From NCBI GenBank assembly GCA_963699155.1, contig OY969414.1, positions 1,899,757 to 1,963,756 on the forward strand: a stretch of DNA of 64,000 nt, in the 5' to 3' direction. The notes below the pieces were generated by a model that did not search any database, was not told the DNA's origin, and saw only the letters and a list, made by a program, of their open reading frames with translations. Every line of letters starts with the position of its first letter. The first letter of the stretch is position 1. This stretch comes from an uncultured Chlamydiales bacterium (GTDB lineage: Bacteria; Chlamydiota; Chlamydiia; Chlamydiales; JAAKFR01). The position numbers were made by a program, and so were the translations under genes. This document shows, piece by piece, positions 57,503 through 64,000 of the stretch.

Positions 57503-58072
57503 ATGGAACAGATCCCCTATTCCCACCTCGAGAAAGGCACCTTCCTCATCGCAACACCTGATGTGGAATCGGGCATGTTTTTTCGCAGCGTCCTTCTCCT
57601 CTGCGAACATAGCACCAGCGGCTCATTTGGTATCATCATTAACAAAAATCTTGAGTTGGAGCTTCCAGAAGAGATCTTATCTCTCGACCAATTGAATAAT
57701 CCACGCGTCAGCATCCGCGCGGGAGGACCTGTCCAAACGAATCAGATGATGCTTCTTCACTCCTCCACCAGCATCCCCGAACAGACGATCGAAATCTGTC
57801 CAGGTGTCTACTTAGGTGGTGACCTCCAATTCCTCCAAGAAGCCATCGCCGATCCCAATGGTCCCAATCTCCGACTCTGCTTTGGCTATGCCGGCTGGCA
57901 AGCAGGTCAGCTCGAGCGTGAATTTCTCGACGGCGGCTGGTTCATCCACCCCTCTTCTGCTAAACATATCTTCGAAACAGCCCCAGAAAAGCTCTGGCAG
58001 CAGCTCCTGCGCGAACTCGGCGGAAGATACGCCACCCTCTCCATGATCCCCGAAGACCTCTCCCTCAATTAG
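57503..58072 (+). CDS. yqgE: YqgE/AlgH family protein
   Basis: [33 protein letters not shown]. Confidence 0.92.
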   Translation: MEQIPYSHLEKGTFLIATPDVESGMFFRSVLLLCEHSTSGSFGIIINKNLELELPEEILSLDQLNNPRVSIRAGGPVQTNQMMLLHSSTSIPEQTIEICPGVYLGGDLQFLQEAIADPNGPNLRLCFGYAGWQAGQLEREFLDGGWFIHPSSAKHIFETAPEKLWQQLLRELGGRYATLSMIPEDLSLN

Positions 58073-58090
58073 AGAAAATTTAACAGTGGT

Positions 58091-58172
58091 GTTTCATTTA
58101 GACTGCGACGGCAGCAGTTCTTCGAGCTTTCACTAGCGTTTCATTTTGACTGCGACGGCAGCAGCTCCTCGA
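58091..58172. repeat. 35-bp direct repeat duplicating the 3' end of the adjacent gene
   Basis: 58091-58125 vs 58138-58172, 3 mismatches. Confidence 0.85.
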
Positions 58173-58629
58173 CTGAGGGGGGCTCTCGCTTTTGGAAGGG
58201 AGTGGTGGTGAAGACGAGGACGCCGCCAAAGTCTGAAGCAAGAGTGATTAAGATGAGAAGGGCAATAGAAACAAACAAAGAGATCCATTGCCAATAGAGC
58301 CTGGGCATGTAGCGATTGACTATTTTGATGAGGGTGTAGAAGGCAACCACAGCAAAAGTGATGAATCCTAGTACACGGTGAAAGGCAAGATAACCATCAC
58401 CCACATAGTGCTTTGCAGCCTCCCATCCTGTCAGTATAGTTAATCCCGTAGTAACAAATGTAGCGAGTGTGAACCAAAAGGAAACTGTCTTTATCGTTTC
58501 ATTCCTGAGCATAAGGTATAAAACTTCTAAAACGAAGAGTGTACAGATAAAGACGATGGGAAAATGCAACAAAATGGGATGATAGCTCCCTAAGTTGAGC
58601 CAATAGGGCAAAGTGGTTGAAGTATCCAT
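58141..58629 (-). CDS. DUF2231-like membrane protein (His-containing, possibly heme b binding)
   Basis: HPILLHFPI, TG...A, HR.LG, four TM helices. Confidence 0.75.
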   Translation of the reverse strand: MDTSTTLPYWLNLGSYHPILLHFPIVFICTLFVLEVLYLMLRNETIKTVSFWFTLATFVTTGLTILTGWEAAKHYVGDGYLAFHRVLGFITFAVVAFYTLIKIVNRYMPRLYWQWISLFVSIALLILITLASDFGGVLVFTTTPFQKREPPSVEELLPSQSK

Positions 58630-58635
58630 AAGAAG

Positions 58636-59010
58636 TTATTCTTTATATTTTGCGATGGCTGCTTTAATTTGGGCCAATTCAGTTTGTAATTTGTCTTCTG
58701 GCAAGTTTTTGAGAGCTTGGCGCAAAGCATCCTTTTTACTGGAAGCTGTGTAATAAATCATGAAGTCGAGAATCGTCTTTTGTTCATCTGCAGAAATATT
58801 GGCTCCCTCCATCTGGCTCATCTTAGTGATCATCGCCTGAATATCACTAGGAAGAAGCTCTGTCCCTGTTAGAGAAGTTTGAATATTATGGCATTTGGAA
58901 CATTTGACCTCGAAAACCTTAAAGTCATTCTGCAAAGTGGCTTTATCAGCTGCCTCAAGAGAGCTTATCATCCCCACAGTGAAGATGACAGCAAACGCTC
59001 TTTTCAACAT
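58636..59010 (-). CDS. Periplasmic monoheme c-type cytochrome
   Basis: Signal peptide, CSKCH, downstream Met (MITKM). Confidence 0.75.
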   Translation of the reverse strand: MLKRAFAVIFTVGMISSLEAADKATLQNDFKVFEVKCSKCHNIQTSLTGTELLPSDIQAMITKMSQMEGANISADEQKTILDFMIYYTASSKKDALRQALKNLPEDKLQTELAQIKAAIAKYKE

Positions 59011-59025
59011 TTTCCCCCCTTAAAA

Positions 59026-61014
59026 TTAATAGGCTAACACAAACTGGAGAGTGAAGAGGTTATTCCTAAACCCCACATCTCCCCAGTGGAAATCGTAACC
59101 TAATTTCAAACGGGCTACCGGTGTGAAATAATAGCTTCCACCGACAGTAAACTCATGGGCATTGTTGTCTAGAAGATCACTCCACCGACTACTGGCTCTC
59201 AGAGCAACTTCGGTGCTTCCCAAGAAACAGGGCGTAAAAAAGCGACTCAAGCAGAAAAAGCGATCTAGCCATGTCAAGAAGAAGGCATATTCTGCCCAGT
59301 ATCCTGACTGAACAATTCGCCCCGTCAAATTATCAAAATCGGACCAGATGTATTCCCCGCGAAAAACGGTATCGCTGGTAATATCCCAGTTCCAATCGAA
59401 AACGAATGCATCGAAGTAGAGATCGACGTTTGCCAATGGTCCCGTAATCACATTATTATTACTATTCCATTGCCCCCTCATGCCAGAAAAGCCGATTTCG
59501 AACCAGGGGTCATGCCAATAAGCGATACGGCCTCCATATGATTTATCTCGGTTATTGTCTGTATTCGTCGCAGCAAATGAGATGGTCGAACCTGTTTGGG
59601 TGGGACCATTTCCGACCCAGAACTCATAAGTCATAAAAGAACACCAGAAGCATCGGCCTAGAAAATGCAATGGAATCGCTCCCTTAAACTCGACGCCAAA
59701 ATCTGTCCCGGGAACAATAGCCGTATTCCTTATTAATGGGTTGGAGGGTAATTTATTGATCCAAGTTGCAGCATACCATGCGTCGAAAGTACCTAAAGGA
59801 AGGGGGAATTTCCCACACTGGAAGGTCAGCCAATCGTTGTAAAAGTAGGCGAGGTAGGCATAGACTAAAGTGGTTGTTGTGGTAGTTCCAGCCTGACTGA
59901 AAACCATTTTTGAAGCGAACAAAAAACTATCCCCGTAACGGGCCAACCAGATTGGCACCCATGCAGCCGAAAAGGTGTCATTGGCATGTTCTGGAACTTC
60001 GTAACTGAAAGTAAAGAAGCCAGTAAAGACAGTATTGATTTTTGGATGGGAAGCCACAAAGACGAGAGGTGAAGGAGGTGGCCCCCCACCTGCTGTCGTA
60101 GCTTGAGCCAACACATCTTCAATCCCTGCTTGACCTCCAGCAGCCTTTTCATCCTTTTTCTCTGTTCCACCCGCCTGATTTAACGCCGTATCAATGTTTG
60201 TTGAGGCAGGCGCATTTGCCTCCCCTTTCGAAGTTTGGCCTAGCACCGACTCAATATCGGATTTCGCTGCTGGAGCCGCCGCTGCCTCTTTTTCCCCCGC
60301 TGCAGGTGTTGCCGCTGGCGGTGCTGGTGCGGGAGCGGGAGGCTCCTCTTTTGGACCAAAGATCTTTCCAAAAATCCTCTCAAAGCGCTTTTTACGGGCA
60401 GTGCGGACCGTCACTGTGCCGTAAGGTTCACCCATCAAGAAGCTGGTAATTTTTCGATAGTCGCAAGCAGGCATGGGGATAATGACGCGCATGTGCATCA
60501 TGATGGTTTTCCACTCATCTGGGCCAAACTCACCAGGACGTCGTTTGACGTGGACAGCCTGCGCCCAATCCTTATAAATATCAGCTCCAGGCGGTTGTAA
60601 AGGGCACAAATAGCCACACTTGCTATAGGGTAGACAGTAGAGTCCCGCATCCTCACAAGGGACCTCTTCCCAAGGAGCATAGTCAGCATAATTGTCAGGG
60701 TCGCAGCAATCGATATATTCAATTTTTGGCGGAGGGGGAAAGCATGGAGGCATAGGTGGAGGACCACCTTCTGGCGGTGGGGGCACACCTGGAGGCAGCT
60801 CTGAAACACCTCCTTCTGGAGGTGGAGGAGCTCCAGCCCCAGGCGGGCCGCCAACAGCTGGTCCACCGCTCGGTGGCAGAGGCTGGCTCGCTTGTGCTAG
60901 ATGTTTGAATCCTTTCATATAAGGACAACTTCCCCTCTCATTTTGCGAGGTGGGATATCCCACAAGTGAAGCAGTAGAGGATAGCAGGAGAAAAAGTGAG
61001 AGCGCGGTTTTCAT
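59026..61014 (-). CDS. Outer-membrane beta-barrel (porin-like) with Pro/Cys-rich N-terminus and degenerate cytochrome c-like domain
   Basis: Signal peptide. C-terminal alternating beta strands (GKFPLPLG, WINKL, GNGP, DNN.DK..GGR) ending in aromatic Y. Confidence 0.7.
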   Translation of the reverse strand: MKTALSLFLLLSSTASLVGYPTSQNERGSCPYMKGFKHLAQASQPLPPSGGPAVGGPPGAGAPPPPEGGVSELPPGVPPPPEGGPPPMPPCFPPPPKIEYIDCCDPDNYADYAPWEEVPCEDAGLYCLPYSKCGYLCPLQPPGADIYKDWAQAVHVKRRPGEFGPDEWKTIMMHMRVIIPMPACDYRKITSFLMGEPYGTVTVRTARKKRFERIFGKIFGPKEEPPAPAPAPPAATPAAGEKEAAAAPAAKSDIESVLGQTSKGEANAPASTNIDTALNQAGGTEKKDEKAAGGQAGIEDVLAQATTAGGGPPPSPLVFVASHPKINTVFTGFFTFSYEVPEHANDTFSAAWVPIWLARYGDSFLFASKMVFSQAGTTTTTTLVYAYLAYFYNDWLTFQCGKFPLPLGTFDAWYAATWINKLPSNPLIRNTAIVPGTDFGVEFKGAIPLHFLGRCFWCSFMTYEFWVGNGPTQTGSTISFAATNTDNNRDKSYGGRIAYWHDPWFEIGFSGMRGQWNSNNNVITGPLANVDLYFDAFVFDWNWDITSDTVFRGEYIWSDFDNLTGRIVQSGYWAEYAFFLTWLDRFFCLSRFFTPCFLGSTEVALRASSRWSDLLDNNAHEFTVGGSYYFTPVARLKLGYDFHWGDVGFRNNLFTLQFVLAY

Positions 61015-61230
61015 TACAAGTCACACAATTATTTTAAAAAGAGAAAGTTAAAATTAGAATATGAGCGACAATTTGTCAAAATAAAAGACCTCATGCGAAC
61101 AGGCTCCTACCTCTCTAGTATCATTTTCAGAGATAAAACGCCATTCACACACAAAAATTTGGCTAGTTGGCGTAAAACCCATTTGATTTTTTCGCCAAAT
61201 AGGTCTATTCTGAAATCCAATTGGCGTAAA

Positions 61231-62685
61231 ATGAAAAAGTATTTTGTCCCTGAAAATCAATTTTTCATCGGAAGGAAAGAGGAGATAAAGCAAATCTATG
61301 AGGTTAGCTTAAGCCCTGGCTCTAAGATTTTCGTGGTGTATGGAAGAAGACGAGTAGGAAAAACAGAGCTACTTGAACAAGTCTTCCGAACAAGAAATCT
61401 TATCAAATTTGAAGGGAGGGAGGGTAAATCAGAACGAGAGCAGATGCAATTTGTCATGGAGCAGCTCGCCAATTATTCAAGTGAATCCCTACTAGCCCGT
61501 GTGGTGATTAAAGATTGGGTTGAAGTTTTCCAAGAGATCGCTTCTCGTACAAAAAAAGGATGTTGGACGATTTACTTTGAGGAGGTGCAGTGGCTGGCCA
61601 ACTATGGAACCGATTTTGTGACGGCCTTAAAATATGTTTGGGATAATCATTTCCATCATAATCCAGACCTGATCCTCATCTTATGTGGTTCCTCCCCCTC
61701 TTTCATGATTCATTCAGTGATCAAGTCGAAAGCTCTATACAATCGATCTCAGTATGAAATTCCATTAAAAGAGCTAAATCTCATCGAAGCCAAGGCGATG
61801 CTCAACACTTATTCATTAAGTGAAATTTTGGATGCCTATCTGACATTGGGAGGAATTCCAGAATATCTAAAACATTTAAACCCCAAACAATCGTTCTATT
61901 TAAACCTCTGTAAAGAATCATTTCTTCCAGGAGCATTTTTTGCTTCAGAGTATGAACGTATATTTACGAGCAGTTTGGCCAGTAATAAGCACTACCGACG
62001 CATCATTGCTTATCTCAGTCGGCATCGATTTTCTACACGAAATGAAATCTTAAAGCATTTGAAATTGGATTCCGGTGGGGGTATTTCAAATGAATTATTA
62101 GACCTAGAAGAATGTGGATTTATTGATAGCTATGTCCCTTATTATCTTTCTGAAAGAAGTCGTCTAGTCCGTTACTGCATCACAGATGCCTATTTGCATT
62201 TCTACTTTCGTTTCATTGAGCCTCAAAAAAAGGAAATCGTGCAGGGCAATTTCCGATCAAATCCCCAGCGGGCTCTAAACATGCATTCTTATCAGCAGTG
62301 GTTAGGGTATGCTTTTGAACGTTTTTGTCGAAAATATCACCGTCAAGTTGCTACGCTTTTAGGATTTCAAGATGTACAATACCGCTCAGGTGCTTATTTC
62401 AGTCGATTAGCAATTGAAAATGAACCCGGATTTCAAATCGATTTGCTATTTGATAGAGATGATAAAGTACTCACAATCTGTGAAATAAAACATACTCAAT
62501 CTCCAGTATCTAGCAAAGTCATTGACGAATTTGAAAAGAAGTTGCAAGCACTGCCGAACTTAAGAAAAAAAACAATTCAAAAAGTCCTAATCTCGAATCG
62601 AGGTGCGGATGCGAGTTTACAAAGAAGAGCTTATTTTGACCGAATCATCCAATTAGAAGATCTTTTTGCTCCTCACATTTGGTGA
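61231..62685 (+). CDS. AAA ATPase with winged helix and C-terminal PD-(D/E)XK (DUF234-type) domain
   Basis: FIGRKEE, YGRRRVGKT, CGSS, GGIPEYL, QIDLL...ICEIK. Confidence 0.85.
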   Translation: MKKYFVPENQFFIGRKEEIKQIYEVSLSPGSKIFVVYGRRRVGKTELLEQVFRTRNLIKFEGREGKSEREQMQFVMEQLANYSSESLLARVVIKDWVEVFQEIASRTKKGCWTIYFEEVQWLANYGTDFVTALKYVWDNHFHHNPDLILILCGSSPSFMIHSVIKSKALYNRSQYEIPLKELNLIEAKAMLNTYSLSEILDAYLTLGGIPEYLKHLNPKQSFYLNLCKESFLPGAFFASEYERIFTSSLASNKHYRRIIAYLSRHRFSTRNEILKHLKLDSGGGISNELLDLEECGFIDSYVPYYLSERSRLVRYCITDAYLHFYFRFIEPQKKEIVQGNFRSNPQRALNMHSYQQWLGYAFERFCRKYHRQVATLLGFQDVQYRSGAYFSRLAIENEPGFQIDLLFDRDDKVLTICEIKHTQSPVSSKVIDEFEKKLQALPNLRKKTIQKVLISNRGADASLQRRAYFDRIIQLEDLFAPHIW

Positions 62686-62887
62686 CCGGTCCGATAGGCC
62701 TCGCCGATCAATTAATGCCATCTCCCAGATGAGAGCGGAAGATTTCAGATGCTAAGTATTTTCCTTTCTCAATTTCACCCATTGGGCAAAATAAGGAGAG
62801 CGAGCTTGAAACAACCAATATACTGCCACCGAGAACATTGGACACGGATTTGCGATATACTTAATCGCAAAACCAAGGAGATCCAAC

Positions 62888-63199
62888 ATGGAAGAAGGTG
62901 GTCAAATCAAACGATGGACCGCGGCACGTAAGATTGAAGTTGTCTTACGTCTATTAAAAGGAGAGTCCATCGATAAACTAAGTCGAGAACTCGGTGTAGA
63001 GGCTTATTTAATCGAAGAATGGCATTCAAAAGCAATTCAGGGCATGGAAGTGGGATTAAAAATGCGTTCCGAAGACCCTGTTCAACATGAATTAGACCAT
63101 GCTAAGAAACGCCTGGGAGAGCTCATGATGGAAAACGAGCTCTTGCAGATAAAGGCCAACAAAGCACCGGGTTTTCGTATGGGGAGGTCCAAGAAATGA
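62888..63199 (+). CDS. IS3-family OrfA
   Basis: Identical to 12957-13268. Confidence 0.85.
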   Translation: MEEGGQIKRWTAARKIEVVLRLLKGESIDKLSRELGVEAYLIEEWHSKAIQGMEVGLKMRSEDPVQHELDHAKKRLGELMMENELLQIKANKAPGFRMGRSKK

Positions 63200-64000
63200 G
63201 CGAGAAGATCTCTCCTTCAACCCATCTTAAATATGGTGTAGAATTAGTTTGTACAGTGTGGAAGTTTCCTCGCTCATCTTTCTATCATAATAGAAAGCGG
63301 CCATATAAACCTAAGGGGCTTCGAGGAAAAAAGCCGACCCTCTCAGACAATGATCTATTGGAGGCCATCAAAAAAGACATATCCGAAAGCCACTTTCAAG
63401 GAGAAGGACATCGAAAAATACATGCTCGATTAAAACGCTTCAAGAAACTAAATATTGGGCGGAATCGAGTTTTGAAGCTAATGAGAGAGCATAAAATGCT
63501 CTCTCCGTATCGCGTTGAACAGGGAAAAGAACGCCTACATGATGGACGCATTACAACAGACCGCCCCAATGAAATGTGGGGTACAGATGCCGCTAAGATT
63601 TTCACCCTCGAAGATGGGTGGGTGTGGTTTTTCGGAGTAATTGAACATTGGAATGCTGAATGTCTAGGGTGGCATGTCACAAAGAAAGGAAGTCGATTTG
63701 CTGCAATAGAAGCCTTAAATAAGGCTGTTGAGGTTGTTTTTAGCAAAACATCCTCTAATGTGGCTCGTGGGGTCAGTTTACGAGTAGATCATGGCTCTCA
63801 ATTTATGTCAGAAGGCTTTATTAACCAAACACGGTACTGGGGCATAAGTATAAGCAAGGGCTTTGTGAAGGAGCCTGAAACCAACGGGGTGATAGAAAGG
63901 TTTCACAGAACATTTAAGGAGCAGATTGTACACGGTAGGCATTATCATGGCCTAGAAGACTTTAGGAAGGCTGTAGCAGAGTTCATTAAGTCGTACAATG
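63196..64000 (+). CDS. IS3-family OrfB transposase (partial)
   Basis: Same sequence as 13265 onward; runs off the window. Confidence 0.88.
   Translation, partial: MSEKISPSTHLKYGVELVCTVWKFPRSSFYHNRKRPYKPKGLRGKKPTLSDNDLLEAIKKDISESHFQGEGHRKIHARLKRFKKLNIGRNRVLKLMREHKMLSPYRVEQGKERLHDGRITTDRPNEMWGTDAAKIFTLEDGWVWFFGVIEHWNAECLGWHVTKKGSRFAAIEALNKAVEVVFSKTSSNVARGVSLRVDHGSQFMSEGFINQTRYWGISISKGFVKEPETNGVIERFHRTFKEQIVHGRHYHGLEDFRKAVAEFIKSYN

Larger units (their letters stand above)
62819..64000 (+). mobile_element. Second copy of the IS3-family element, truncated by the window end
   Basis: Appears identical to 12888 onward from TATACTGCCACC; translated ORFs are identical. Confidence 0.92.

Noticed and set aside
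61093..61230. Longer start for the AAA ATPase
   Set aside because: Family homology starts at FIGR just after the ATG at 61231, and the upstream part is AT-rich regulatory-like sequence.

Overview
This is a chromosomal segment of an environmental Chlamydiae-like bacterium. The order HEAT-repeat protein, cNMP protein, acpP-fabG-fabD-fabH, recR, bamA-skp-lpxD, pdhABC, glgP follows the conserved chlamydial block (CT234-CT248 region). Further on lie yggS/floA/nfeD, hemL, tamAB, ispG, two CesT-like chaperones, mlaEFD and yqgE. Accessory DNA is interleaved throughout. It includes four tandem families of Inc-like membrane proteins, an F-box pseudogene, a eukaryote-like C2H2 zinc-finger protein, and a porin/cytochrome c/membrane protein cassette. 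It also holds four IS copies: two IS3-family (one with an unusual 14-bp target duplication), one IS21 and one IS481-like. The most striking unexplained structure is a GxxExxY PD-(D/E)XK nuclease gene between pdhC and glgP. It is enclosed by 79/78-bp hairpin-rich inverted repeats and a second layer of REP-like palindromes, which recur 25 kb away upstream of hemL. No rRNA, tRNA or CRISPR array was recognised. Family assignments come from motif recognition only; no database searches were run.
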